Shown here in pieces: positions 20,196 to 30,531 of a stretch of DNA of 64,000 nt (positions within the stretch are counted from its first letter, which is position 1; every line of letters starts with the position of its first letter). The translations under genes were made by a program, and so were the position numbers. This DNA is from Minisyncoccota bacterium. Its GTDB lineage: Bacteria; Patescibacteriota; Minisyncoccia; Phycocordibacterales; UBA9973. The stretch covers positions 5,116 to 69,115 of the forward strand of contig JAYRGZ010000014.1 in the NCBI GenBank assembly GCA_041907605.1, read 5' to 3'. Under the pieces are notes generated by a model. That model searched no databases and was not told where the DNA came from. It saw only the letters and a list, made by a program, of their open reading frames with translations.

Positions 20196-20411
20196 ATGAA
20201 TACAAATATGGAAGGAGGGGATATGAGTACCGAAAAATTAGTTCAGAGTAGTATTGAAATGATTGAATCAATATCAAGATCAATGATTGAACTATCGAAA
20301 AGACTTGAGGCGGTTAAGGGTGCTACAGGATTCGAAAAGGAAGCTCGTGATCTCGAGATATCAATAGAGACCTTGAACGACAGACTGAATCTATTAGAAA
20401 AATCAAACTAG
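20196..20411 (+). CDS. Small coiled-coil hypothetical protein
   Basis: 71-aa ORF tightly packed between gap and rpiB. Confidence 0.6.
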   Translation: MNTNMEGGDMSTEKLVQSSIEMIESISRSMIELSKRLEAVKGATGFEKEARDLEISIETLNDRLNLLEKSN

Positions 20412-20414
20412 GTA

Positions 20415-20897
20415 ATGAACATCTATATTGCATCAGATCATGCTGGATATGAGATGAAGAATGAACTCAAAGAATACTTGAGTAGTTTAGGTCATGCAGT
20501 AGAAGATCTTGGTGCAAACACATATAATTCCGAGGACGATTATCCTGATTATACAAAATTAATTTCTGAGTATATCTCTAAAGACGTAATGAGTCTTGGT
20601 ATTTTAATTTGCGGAACAGGTCAAGGAGAAATCATGGCAGCAAATAGAAATCCGGGTGTTAGATGTGCATTGTTCTATGGTGAAGCAATTCCAAAAACTC
20701 AAATTGATATAAATGGATTAGAGAGTACTGATAGTTACGAAATAATAAAACTTGCCAGATCTCATAATAATGCAAATGTGCTTGCACTAGCATCACGGTT
20801 TATTGATATTGAGCAAGCGAAAAAAGCAGTGAGTGTATTTATTGAAACTCCATTCTCAAATGAGGAAAGACACGTTAGAAGATTGAGTAAATTTTAA
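20415..20897 (+). CDS. rpiB: Ribose-5-phosphate isomerase B
   Basis: SDHAG, DYPD, CGTGQG, ARSHNNAN, RHVRR. Confidence 0.93.
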   Translation: MNIYIASDHAGYEMKNELKEYLSSLGHAVEDLGANTYNSEDDYPDYTKLISEYISKDVMSLGILICGTGQGEIMAANRNPGVRCALFYGEAIPKTQIDINGLESTDSYEIIKLARSHNNANVLALASRFIDIEQAKKAVSVFIETPFSNEERHVRRLSKF

Positions 20898-20898
20898 T

Positions 20899-21582
20899 AT
20901 GATCGAAATCGTACCTGCAATTTTGCCTGAAAATATTGGTGAACTTCGTGGCAAAGCAACACTAGTGAGAAATCTAGTCAAAACCATTCAAATTGATTTT
21001 TGTGATGGTATTTTTGTGGATAACAAAACCTGGCCATACAATGGCAAGGACGCGCTAGTATATCAGAAAATCCTAGGTGAGGATGAGGGTTTACCATTTG
21101 CTGATGAGATTGATTATGAATTTGATCTAATGGTAAAGAACGCATCACAGAAGTTTAATGATTTTGTAAAACTCGGCCCTGCACGTGTGGTATTTCATAT
21201 TGACGCCGAAGATTCACTTCTAGAATTTTTTGAAAATCTTGAACCATATTACAAGGAGAATATTCAATTCGGTATAGCAGTTACTACAAAAACCGATTTA
21301 GAAATTCTGGATCAATACATTCCTCACATAAAATTCATACAATGTATGGGAATAGAAAATGTTGGATTCCAGAGCCAACCCTTTGATCCTCGCTCACTTG
21401 ATACTGTTAGAAATTTGCATGAACGCTATCCAAGCCTTACAATTAGTGTAGATGGTGGTGTAAATTTAGAAACAGGCACACAGCTTGCAGAAAATGGTGC
21501 TACAAGACTCATCGTTGGTAGTGCACTTTTTTCAAAAATTGATATTGCAGGAACAATTCTAGAATTCACACACATCGCCTAA
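20899..21582 (+). CDS. rpe: Ribulose-phosphate 3-epimerase
   Basis: IQIDFCDGIFV, DLMV, GFQSQ, VDGGV. Confidence 0.88.
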   Translation: MIEIVPAILPENIGELRGKATLVRNLVKTIQIDFCDGIFVDNKTWPYNGKDALVYQKILGEDEGLPFADEIDYEFDLMVKNASQKFNDFVKLGPARVVFHIDAEDSLLEFFENLEPYYKENIQFGIAVTTKTDLEILDQYIPHIKFIQCMGIENVGFQSQPFDPRSLDTVRNLHERYPSLTISVDGGVNLETGTQLAENGATRLIVGSALFSKIDIAGTILEFTHIA

Positions 21583-21586
21583 ATAA

Positions 21587-22456
21587 ATGGCAAACCTTTT
21601 AACAGATAGCAGAAAGATTGAACTGGAGCAGATAGCGAACAATATTCGCGAGTATATTATTTCTATGCTCCTTGAGGCTGGATCCGGTCATACAGCTGGA
21701 CCACTTGGCATGACTGATGTTTTCACACTTCTATTTTTTCATATTTTAAAGCATGATCCCAAAAATCCTGATTGGGAAGATAGAGACAGACTAGTTCTAT
21801 CAAACGGTCACATTTGCCCGGTATATTATGCGACTATGGCTCACGCTGGATATATGCCAGTTGAAGAATTACAAACTCTGAGAAAATTCGGCTCTAGACT
21901 CCAAGGTCATCCTCATAGAGAATTTATGCCATGGCTTGAGACCTCATCTGGTCCACTCGGGTCTGGATTATCACAGGCAACAGGTATGGCCATAGCACAA
22001 AAAATTGATGGTACAAATAAAGATCGCTACATATATTGCCTGACATCTGATGGGGAACACAATGAAGGAAACACATGGGAGGCAGTGCTTCTCGCAGCAA
22101 AAGAAAGATTGCACAATTTGATCGTGATAGTAGATAGAAACAATATTCAAATTGATGGATACACTGAGGATGTAATGCCACTCGATGACATGGCTAAAAA
22201 GTATGAAAGTTTTAATTGGCATGTTCAAGAAGTTGATGGACATAATTTCGAGCAATTAAATGATGCTATAGGCAAGGCCCAGGCAGTATATGAAAAGCCT
22301 TCAGTTATAATAGCTCGCACAATTCCCGGTAAAGGTGTAAAAGAATTTGAGAGAGATTTCAGATGGCATGGCAAAGCTCCAAATAAAGATGAAGCAAAGA
22401 TGGCTCTTAAAGAACTTCGAACATTAGGAGGCAAAATTAAGAGTGAGCACCAATAA
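21587..22456 (+). CDS. Transketolase, N-terminal subunit
   Basis: GSGH, DRDRLVLSNGH, LQGHP, SDGE..EG TPP motif. Confidence 0.93.
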   Translation: MANLLTDSRKIELEQIANNIREYIISMLLEAGSGHTAGPLGMTDVFTLLFFHILKHDPKNPDWEDRDRLVLSNGHICPVYYATMAHAGYMPVEELQTLRKFGSRLQGHPHREFMPWLETSSGPLGSGLSQATGMAIAQKIDGTNKDRYIYCLTSDGEHNEGNTWEAVLLAAKERLHNLIVIVDRNNIQIDGYTEDVMPLDDMAKKYESFNWHVQEVDGHNFEQLNDAIGKAQAVYEKPSVIIARTIPGKGVKEFERDFRWHGKAPNKDEAKMALKELRTLGGKIKSEHQ

Positions 22457-22457
22457 T

Positions 22458-22691
22458 ATGTCTAGCCAGATTTTATTTAAAATAATTGGAGTAGTTGGGC
22501 TTTTGCTGATATGTCTAGGAATGATTGTAAAAAATCGCCGTACAAGAGATGTTGAAAGCATAATTGGTGGGATATTTTTATTTATATACAGTTTTTATCT
22601 CCACGATTTTATTTTTATAATACTTCAAGCTGTATATGTAATTGTTGTTACATTTGATTATTTTAAACAAACAAAAAATGCTAAACCCTAA
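22458..22691 (+). CDS. Small 3-TM membrane protein
   Basis: Hydrophobic 77-aa ORF coupled to both transketolase halves. Confidence 0.65.
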   Translation: MSSQILFKIIGVVGLLLICLGMIVKNRRTRDVESIIGGIFLFIYSFYLHDFIFIILQAVYVIVVTFDYFKQTKNAKP

Positions 22692-23676
22692 ACTAAAACT
22701 AAATCCGAAAGTTTTCAACGACGATGTTTTACAAATTCCAATTCGTAAAGGTTTTGGTGAGGGGCTTGTAGTTGCCGGAGAAGAAAATAAAAATGTTGTA
22801 GCCCTCTGCGCTGACCTTACCGAAAGTACTCAGATGCTTCCGTTTAAGGAGAAATTTCCAGAGAGATTTGTGGAAATTGGTGTAGCAGAGCAAAACTTAG
22901 TCACAGTTTCCTCTGGTATGGCTGCTATGGGAAAAATTCCATTTTGTTCTAGTTATGCTATGTTCTCTCCTGGAAGAAATTGGGAGCAAATTCGCACCAC
23001 AATTGCATACAATGACCGCGGGGTAATTATCGTAGGATCACATGCTGGTGTATCTGTTGGACCTGACGGTGGTACTCATCAGGCGATAGAAGATATTGCT
23101 CTTATGAGAGTATTACCCAATATGATTGTGGTATCACCATGTGATTCAATTGAAGCGAGGAAGGCGACTATAGCACTAGCGAAATCAGGGAAGCCTGCAT
23201 ACCTACGACTTGCTCGAGAGAAAACAGGAATTATGACTACTGATGATACTCCGTTTGAAATTGGTAAAGCACAAATATTTTATTCACCTGATGGTATTTC
23301 ACATGTTGGGGTCATTGCAACTGGTGCACTAGTTCGCAATGCAATTTTAGCTGCCAAGGATTTAGAAAAAAAGGGAATAAAGGTGAAAGTTATGAACTTG
23401 GCGACAATAAAACCCCTTGATACTGAAGCAATTATTGCTCTAGCAAAAGAATGTAAAGCCATTGTTACTATTGAAGAGCATCAGGTCGCAGGTGGCATGG
23501 GTTCTGCTGTAGCAGAATGCTTATCCCAAAATTATCCAGTACCGATAGAATTTATTGGAGTACAAGATAAATTTGGTCAATCAGGTACCCCTGAGCAACT
23601 CATAAAGCATTATAAAATGGATAGAGATTCCATCACGCAAGCGATAATAAAGGTTCTAAATAGAAAATCTAATTAA
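22678..23676 (+). CDS. Transketolase, C-terminal subunit
   Basis: GVAEQN, GPDGGTHQ, IKPLD, EEHQ. Confidence 0.93.
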   Translation: MLNPKLKLNPKVFNDDVLQIPIRKGFGEGLVVAGEENKNVVALCADLTESTQMLPFKEKFPERFVEIGVAEQNLVTVSSGMAAMGKIPFCSSYAMFSPGRNWEQIRTTIAYNDRGVIIVGSHAGVSVGPDGGTHQAIEDIALMRVLPNMIVVSPCDSIEARKATIALAKSGKPAYLRLAREKTGIMTTDDTPFEIGKAQIFYSPDGISHVGVIATGALVRNAILAAKDLEKKGIKVKVMNLATIKPLDTEAIIALAKECKAIVTIEEHQVAGGMGSAVAECLSQNYPVPIEFIGVQDKFGQSGTPEQLIKHYKMDRDSITQAIIKVLNRKSN

Positions 23677-24025
23677 GTTTAGGATCGTCACCCAAAATAT
23701 CTTTTAGGATTCTTGCTTTCTGTTCAAGGAATCCTCCGGATGGATCAGTAGGATCAATCTTAGACAATAAAACTCTGGTTTCTAGGTATTTTTTCCTCAA
23801 AGCTTTAAGTGACTCATCTGTAATATTAAATTCCAGTAAGTTATTACCTTTTAGGATTTTATTCAAAACATCATCAATATTATTTTCTGAAACCTCTATT
23901 GGTTTGTTTTCCGATTTCTTAGCTGCGTCTTCTGTTTCAAAACCATCAGAAATATTATGAGGATATTCCATATCATCCACACTAACAGCCTTATCTATAA
24001 AAAATTCTCCTGAATTTTCTTTCAT
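23669..24025 (-). CDS. Hypothetical acidic protein
   Basis: 118-aa ORF coupled to the pfkB-family stop. Confidence 0.6.
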   Translation of the reverse strand: MKENSGEFFIDKAVSVDDMEYPHNISDGFETEDAAKKSENKPIEVSENNIDDVLNKILKGNNLLEFNITDESLKALRKKYLETRVLLSKIDPTDPSGGFLEQKARILKDILGDDPKLN

Positions 24026-25041
24026 TATATTTCTCTAGGTTTGTAATCAGCTGGCGCCTTCGCCAAAAATTCTTTTAGTTTATCTTGAGATAGTAATCCT
24101 TTTTGGGCACCAACATACTGTGTCACAGACATTGCATTAATTGGTGCCCAAAGTAGTGCTTCTTTGAGAGTTTTTCCCATTACTAAACATGCTGTAATTG
24201 TAGACTCGTAGGCATCACCAGCACCTGTTCTTTCAATCGGTGTATGAGGATATATTCCCATGAACAAATACTTACCTTCGCCAGTTGGCGAATCCTCACG
24301 CGCGTAGGCACCATTGTATCCATCTGTCATTACAATGTGTCGTGGACCAAGATTGTGTAGCATGTCCATGAGCTTTTTCTTGTCGGACTCCTGTGTTTCT
24401 AAAATTCTTTGAGCTTCTTCAACATTACAAAACAATATGTCGCTGTGTTTATATATATCCTTTAGTGATTCCTTGCCTAATTTTATTTGAAATGTTCCAG
24501 GCTGAAAGGCTAATTTTGTCTCTGGATGAGCATCGAGCCACCTAGCAATTTCATGATGAAAACCTTCTGTATTTTCACCAAGTGATGTTAGATAAATCCA
24601 CTTTGGTGCTTTGAAATTCTTAGGTAAAGTTCTATTGAAAGGAGAGTGGTTTACCAAAATGGTTCTTTCCACGTCATACCAAAGTACATAATGATAGTTC
24701 GTTGGTAATTTTTCATCTGTATCAATGTAATCACATGATACGTTATTCTTTGCCAATTCTTGAAGACAGTCTTTTCCATTCTGATCATCACCGATTGTAA
24801 CCATGAGAGCACTTTTTAGTCCCAAACGTGAGGCAGACACTGCTGCATTTGCACTGTTGCCAACTGCTTTTACTACTTCAACAGATTCAAAAGGAACTTT
24901 GTCGCCAAAACGCACACAAAGTTCGCATGCAGTCTTATCTAATTTACAATGTACATTTGCATCCTTAAGCCGAATAAAAGCATCAGTAACAATGTCACCA
25001 ATTGCAACAAAATCATAAGTTTCGTTTCTAGAAAACCACAT
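24025..25041 (-). CDS. PfkB-family carbohydrate kinase
   Basis: GNSANAA..SRLG, NVEEA, TGAGD anion hole. Confidence 0.92.
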   Translation of the reverse strand: MWFSRNETYDFVAIGDIVTDAFIRLKDANVHCKLDKTACELCVRFGDKVPFESVEVVKAVGNSANAAVSASRLGLKSALMVTIGDDQNGKDCLQELAKNNVSCDYIDTDEKLPTNYHYVLWYDVERTILVNHSPFNRTLPKNFKAPKWIYLTSLGENTEGFHHEIARWLDAHPETKLAFQPGTFQIKLGKESLKDIYKHSDILFCNVEEAQRILETQESDKKKLMDMLHNLGPRHIVMTDGYNGAYAREDSPTGEGKYLFMGIYPHTPIERTGAGDAYESTITACLVMGKTLKEALLWAPINAMSVTQYVGAQKGLLSQDKLKEFLAKAPADYKPREI

Positions 25042-25092
25042 ATATGTCTATATTGTAGCATGAATATAATTACGCATGGTATAATTCTCCAC

Positions 25093-25728
25093 ATGAAGCA
25101 ATCAAACATGGATTCAATCGCCGATGGAATATTTGCGATTGTTATGACCCTACTGGTTTTCGAGATAAAAGTGCCTGCAATATACGGAATTGTCACAAAT
25201 GAAGCCATCTGGAAGTCTATGATTGTGCTTTATCCACTTTTCCTGAGCTATATACTCTCTTTTTCTCTGCTTTTTACTTACTGGAGGTCGTATCATTTAA
25301 TTGCATCTGTATACGCGAAAAATACTGATTTCACACTTACAAATATTGCAGGAGTTTTCTTTATGCTTGTTGCACTTGCTCCTTTTTCCTCACATTTGCT
25401 TGGTACATATAGCGAAGTACCTATGGCTATAATACTTTTTGCTACAAACATAATACTCGTTAGTCTCACACTATTTTTGATGAGAAAGTACGCGACTCGT
25501 GCAGCAACAATTGAAAACGAACCGGTATCAAAACAAGAGAACCATCGTGCCTATACTAGAATATTGTTTCCAGTATTTTGTTCACTGATTGCAATAATTG
25601 TAAGTTTTACTGATACAAAATTGGCATTATTTTTATTGACCATTGGAATACTGTTTAACCTTTCCAAGGATAGTACACACATTATTTTCAGTGTTATAAA
25701 TCCACTAATCGGGAGAAAACTTGGCTAA
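25093..25728 (+). CDS. TMEM175-family potassium channel
   Basis: DGIFAIVMTLLV, YILSF..YW..H, PF; start at MKQS after TGGTATAAT. Confidence 0.82.
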   Translation: MKQSNMDSIADGIFAIVMTLLVFEIKVPAIYGIVTNEAIWKSMIVLYPLFLSYILSFSLLFTYWRSYHLIASVYAKNTDFTLTNIAGVFFMLVALAPFSSHLLGTYSEVPMAIILFATNIILVSLTLFLMRKYATRAATIENEPVSKQENHRAYTRILFPVFCSLIAIIVSFTDTKLALFLLTIGILFNLSKDSTHIIFSVINPLIGRKLG

Positions 25729-25729
25729 T

Positions 25730-26599
25730 ATGAAGACACTACGCGAATACATTAAAGACGCAGGGGATAATGGAATAGCAGTTGGGCATTTTAATTTTTC
25801 TAGTATAGAAGTACTGGAAGCAATTTTTGAATCAGCGCTGGAACTTAATGTCCCGGTGATTGTAGGTACAGCTGAAGGTGAGGAAGGATTCGTGGGGACC
25901 GAGCAAGCAGTAGCACTGGTGAAAACATTTAGAGATAAATATAATTTTCCAATATTTCTAAACGCTGATCATCATTACACATTTGAAAGTGTGAAAAAGT
26001 CTATTGATGCAGGATACGATATGGTAATTTTTGACGGAGCGAAACTTCCACTTGATGAAAACACAAAAATTACAAAACAGTGTGTAGATTACGCACGTAC
26101 TGTTAGGAGAGATGTGCTTGTAGAAGCAGAGTTAGGATACATCGGCCAAGCTTCCGCAATTTTAGACTCGATACCTGAAGGCGTAAAACTTGGTGAGAAT
26201 GAATTAACTAAACCAGAAGAAGCCGTTAAGTTTATTTCTGATACTGGAATTGACATGTTTGCACCGTCTGTTGGAAATGTTCATGGAATGTTGCGTTCGG
26301 TTCCTGATCCAGATTTGAACATTGAAAGAATCAAGGAAATTAAAAAAGCAGTATCAATTCCGCTTGTACTTCACGGTGCTTCAGGAAATACTGATGTAGA
26401 TATACGAAACGCGATTAATGCTGGTATTGCTGTTGTACATGTAAATACAGAACTTCGTAGGGCTTGGACAGATAGCCTAAAGGCACATGTTACAGAACAC
26501 CCAGATGACGTAGCACCCTATAAGGTACTCAAGGAATCAAAAGAGTCCGTAAAAAAAGTTGTTACAGAAAAACTAAAATTGTTTAACGGAATCCAATGA
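25730..26599 (+). CDS. fba: Class II fructose-bisphosphate aldolase
   Basis: NADH, FDGA, VEAELG, GNVHG, LVLHGASG, NTE. Confidence 0.93.
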   Translation: MKTLREYIKDAGDNGIAVGHFNFSSIEVLEAIFESALELNVPVIVGTAEGEEGFVGTEQAVALVKTFRDKYNFPIFLNADHHYTFESVKKSIDAGYDMVIFDGAKLPLDENTKITKQCVDYARTVRRDVLVEAELGYIGQASAILDSIPEGVKLGENELTKPEEAVKFISDTGIDMFAPSVGNVHGMLRSVPDPDLNIERIKEIKKAVSIPLVLHGASGNTDVDIRNAINAGIAVVHVNTELRRAWTDSLKAHVTEHPDDVAPYKVLKESKESVKKVVTEKLKLFNGIQ

Positions 26600-28329
26600 A
26601 GGATGAAATACAAAAAATATTTGAAGGTGATATAGATGATAGTGTAGAAACACTATCAAAATATTCACATGATGCCTCGCTTTTTGAAATACGTCCGCAA
26701 TTAGTTTTATATCCCAAACATTCAAAAGATATAGAGAATCTTGTTCTTTGGGTGAGAGAAAACAAAGCTAAATATCCGAGTCTATCAATTACTGCGCGCT
26801 GTGCTGGTACATGTATGTCTGGTGGATCAATTAATAACTCTATTATCATTGATTTCACAAAATACATGAATAAAGTTATTAGTATAGGAAAATCTGAAAA
26901 AGAAATAATGAAACCACTCTTCACTTCGTCACGTGATGTTGAGATAACAGGCTACGCTATAACACAACCAGGTGTATTTTATCGTGATTTTGAGCCACAG
27001 ACTTTTGAGAAGGGCCTCCTACTTCCGTGCTATACAGCATCAAAAAGCTTAAATGCGCTGGGTGGAATGGTTGGTAATAATTCTGGGGGAGAACTAACAC
27101 TTCGGTACGGAAAAACAGAAGACTATATATCCGAGCTTAAGGTAGTATTTTCTGATGGACATGAATACAGTGTCAGACCCATTACAAGGAGAGAACTTTA
27201 CCAGAAAATTGCTGAGCCTACATTTGAAGGAAAAGTTTACAAAGAAATGTTTGATCTTATTACAGAGCACGAGGAACAAATTAAAAATGCAAAACCAAAA
27301 GTTACAAAAAATTCAGCAGGATATTATTTGTGGAATGTATTACAAAGAGGAAAAACCGAAGCTGATGATATTTTCGATCTTACCAAACTCATAGTAGGTT
27401 CACAGGGAACCCTAGGAATCGTGACAGAGATTAGGTGGAAACTAGTGGAAAAAATTGAAAAATCAAAACTACTAGTACTTTTTCTAAAAGATTTCAAGGA
27501 GATTGGGGCCATAGTAGATGAGTTGCTTGTGACTGATCCAATTAGTATTGAATCATATGATGACAAAACATTTTGGTTGGCAGTAAAGTTCTTTAAGGAT
27601 TTTGTGAAAAATAAAGGATTCTGGTCAACAATTAGATTTGGTTTAGAATTTCTTCCAGAAGTATTTATGACTTTGCGTGGTGGAGTACCGAAGCTTATTA
27701 TTTTATCTGAATATGCTGGTAAATCAGAGAGTGAAATAAATTTAAAAGCGCAAAAGGCATACAGTAGTATGAAAAAATTTGGTCTGAAAATGCGAGTAAC
27801 AAAATCATCACAGGAAGCTGAAAAATATTGGACAATGCGAAGAGACAGTTTTGCATTATTACGTAAACATGTTGCAGGCAAGAGAACCGCACCATTCATA
27901 GATGATGTGATCGTACGCTCAGAATTCTTGCATGATTTTCTTCCTAAGATTAATACTCTAATACAAGAATATCCTAATCTTGTTTATACAATTGCTGGAC
28001 ATGCTGAAAATGGCAATTTTCATATAATCCCTCTAGTAGACCCTAGTGATCCAAAACTAGTAGATACTGTAGTGGAATTATCAAAACGCGTATATGATTT
28101 AGTACTATCATACGGTGGATCAATAGATGCTGAGCATAATGATGGCATAGTTAGAACCCCATACCTAAATCAAATGTATGGAGATGCTATATATGCACTT
28201 TTCGAGAATACTAAATCAATTTTTGATCCCTTAAATATGTTTAACCCTGGGAAGAAGGTGGGTGGCACGATAGAAAATCTAAAAGAGGCTTTAGTGCAAC
28301 CACACAAAAACACACAACACTCTTCTTAG
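26596..28329 (+). CDS. FAD-binding oxidoreductase (GlcD/D-lactate dehydrogenase-like)
   Basis: AGTCMSGG, GGMVGNN, GSQGTLG, GHAENGNFH, EHNDG, FDP..MFNPGK. Confidence 0.88.
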   Translation: MKDEIQKIFEGDIDDSVETLSKYSHDASLFEIRPQLVLYPKHSKDIENLVLWVRENKAKYPSLSITARCAGTCMSGGSINNSIIIDFTKYMNKVISIGKSEKEIMKPLFTSSRDVEITGYAITQPGVFYRDFEPQTFEKGLLLPCYTASKSLNALGGMVGNNSGGELTLRYGKTEDYISELKVVFSDGHEYSVRPITRRELYQKIAEPTFEGKVYKEMFDLITEHEEQIKNAKPKVTKNSAGYYLWNVLQRGKTEADDIFDLTKLIVGSQGTLGIVTEIRWKLVEKIEKSKLLVLFLKDFKEIGAIVDELLVTDPISIESYDDKTFWLAVKFFKDFVKNKGFWSTIRFGLEFLPEVFMTLRGGVPKLIILSEYAGKSESEINLKAQKAYSSMKKFGLKMRVTKSSQEAEKYWTMRRDSFALLRKHVAGKRTAPFIDDVIVRSEFLHDFLPKINTLIQEYPNLVYTIAGHAENGNFHIIPLVDPSDPKLVDTVVELSKRVYDLVLSYGGSIDAEHNDGIVRTPYLNQMYGDAIYALFENTKSIFDPLNMFNPGKKVGGTIENLKEALVQPHKNTQHSS

Positions 28330-28416
28330 CAAGTAACAGCGTAGGGATATTGTCGTATATATATGTAGGTCGAATACCTTGCATTTTGGTGTTTTTTGTG
28401 TAGAATTTACAATATT

Positions 28417-29061
28417 ATGTTTACGATAAAAGCAAAAAAGCGAAATGACAAGGATAGTCTTGCCTATTTACGGAAGCAAGGAGAAACACCTGCTGTTTTC
28501 TACGGTCTTGGTAAGGAAACTACACCAATTTCAATTCCATCCAAGGAATTTCAAAAAATATGGAAGGAAGCAGGTGAATCCACTACAATTAGCCTAGAGA
28601 CTGATAATGGTACTGTAAATACACTCATCCACGATGTGGCTATTGATCCACTGACGGGTTATCCACTCCACGCGGATTTTCTTGTAATTGATATAAATAA
28701 AAAGATTTCAGTTTCTGTACCACTTGAATTTGAAGGTATAGCACCCGCTGTAAAAGAAGGAATAGGAACACTCGTCAAGGTTATGCATGAGATAGAAATC
28801 GAGGCATTGCCCAAGGATTTGCCTCACGCAGTAGTAGTTGATATTTCTAATCTAACTGGTTTGGATAGTCAGATAACAGTAGCGGAACTTAAACTTCCTT
28901 CAGGTGTTGTAGCAATGGCTGACAAAGATGAGGTTGTAGCCGCTATTTCTGTAATGAAAGAAGAGAAGGAAGAAGAAGCGGCACCAGTAGATCTATCTGC
29001 AATTGAAGTTGAAAAGAAGGGTAAGAAGGAAGAAGAGGCTCCAGTGGAGGAAACTGCGTAA
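28417..29061 (+). CDS. rplY: 50S ribosomal protein L25 (CTC type)
   Basis: PAVFYG, HADF, PKDLP. Confidence 0.92.
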   Translation: MFTIKAKKRNDKDSLAYLRKQGETPAVFYGLGKETTPISIPSKEFQKIWKEAGESTTISLETDNGTVNTLIHDVAIDPLTGYPLHADFLVIDINKKISVSVPLEFEGIAPAVKEGIGTLVKVMHEIEIEALPKDLPHAVVVDISNLTGLDSQITVAELKLPSGVVAMADKDEVVAAISVMKEEKEEEAAPVDLSAIEVEKKGKKEEEAPVEETA

Positions 29062-29082
29062 TCTATATAAGATTCGCAAAAC

Positions 29083-30486
29083 ATGAATCTTACAAAACAT
29101 TTTAAAAATAGAATATTTACACTTATATTACTGACGCTAATAGCATCAACTCTTTTTGTGTTGCATGCAAAAATATCAAGTGCCCAAAGTGCACTTGATA
29201 TTGCACAAAGTGATAGGGCAGCACTTGAGACCGAGCTTGCTAATCTGGAAGCCCAAATTGCCCAAAAGCAGGAAGAATTAAAACAACAACAAGGGCAATC
29301 TGTAACTTTAAATAACGAAATTGCTAAGTTAAAAACCCAAATAGACAAATCAAAACTGGATATAAAAGCAAAAAGTTTAGTTATACAAAAACTCGGTGGA
29401 GAAATTACAGAGAAAAGCCAAAAAATCGAAAGTCTAAGTGAGAAAATTGACCGTGAGAGGGAATCACTTGGTCAGCTAATTAAGAAGACAAATGAGATAG
29501 ACAATAGTAATCTGATACACGTTGTGCTTTCAGATAAGAGTCTTTCAAATTTTTATGTTGACCTAGATTCATTTTCTTCAATCAAAGCCTCTATAAAATC
29601 CTCTGTTGATCAAATAAAAGGAATTAAATCAGAAACCGAAAACGAAAAACAAAATCTGGAGGAAAAGCAAAATGCTGAACTTGACGCAAAAGCAGAGCTT
29701 GAAAGAGCAAAAAAAGCAGTTGAAAACAATCAAGCTGAGCAAAAAAAATTACTTTCTATAAGTAAAAATAAAGAAAAGGAGTTTCAGGCAATACTAGATG
29801 AGCAGGCCAAAAAAGCGGCTCAAATTAAGGCTAGGCTGTTTTCTCTTGCTGGAGGAGGTGCTGCTATTCCTTTTGGTGTGGCACTTTCATATGCGGAATT
29901 TGCATCCACTAAGACAGGAGTACGTCCAGCTTTCATATTAGCTATTCTTACACAAGAAAGTAACCTAGGACAGAATCAGGGTAAATGTTATTTAACTGTA
30001 CCTGAAACAGGTGCTGGAATAAGAGTTACCACAGGAGCAATTCTGGCTAAAGTTATGAAGCCGTCACGTGATGTTGCGCCATTTTTAGAAATAACAAGTA
30101 GTCTCGGTTTTGATCCTTATAAGACTGTTGTGTCCTGTCCACTTTCCGGTGGAGGATACGGTGGTGGTATGGGTCCATCCCAGTTCATTGCCTCAACGTG
30201 GAATATTTTAAAATCTAGAATTGCAAGTGCCTTAGGAACAGGTATAGCAAATCCTTGGTCACCTAAAGACGCTATTACAGCTTCTGCAATATATCTAGGA
30301 GACATGGGTGCTAGTACTCAAGGCTACACAGCAGAACGTAATGCAGCTTGCCGATATTATTCTGGAAGAAAGTGTGATAATAAAAAACCAGCTAACAGCT
30401 TCTACGGAAATAGCGTTATGAGCTTAGCAAGTAAAATCCAAGATGATATAGACTATCTTAAGAAATATGGAATTTCGAAGAGATAG
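29083..30486 (+). CDS. Secreted coiled-coil plus lytic transglycosylase-like protein
   Basis: Signal/TM, long coiled coil, LAILTQES, GGMGPSQF..STW, NPW. Confidence 0.8.
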   Translation: MNLTKHFKNRIFTLILLTLIASTLFVLHAKISSAQSALDIAQSDRAALETELANLEAQIAQKQEELKQQQGQSVTLNNEIAKLKTQIDKSKLDIKAKSLVIQKLGGEITEKSQKIESLSEKIDRERESLGQLIKKTNEIDNSNLIHVVLSDKSLSNFYVDLDSFSSIKASIKSSVDQIKGIKSETENEKQNLEEKQNAELDAKAELERAKKAVENNQAEQKKLLSISKNKEKEFQAILDEQAKKAAQIKARLFSLAGGGAAIPFGVALSYAEFASTKTGVRPAFILAILTQESNLGQNQGKCYLTVPETGAGIRVTTGAILAKVMKPSRDVAPFLEITSSLGFDPYKTVVSCPLSGGGYGGGMGPSQFIASTWNILKSRIASALGTGIANPWSPKDAITASAIYLGDMGASTQGYTAERNAACRYYSGRKCDNKKPANSFYGNSVMSLASKIQDDIDYLKKYGISKR

Positions 30487-30531
30487 AAATTATAATTTGC
30501 CTTTTAAAATAAACGTGCTACAATAGCGCCT

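Noticed and set aside
21587-23676. Transketolase pseudogene or frameshift
   Set aside because: Two-subunit transketolases are a known form and both halves keep their motifs
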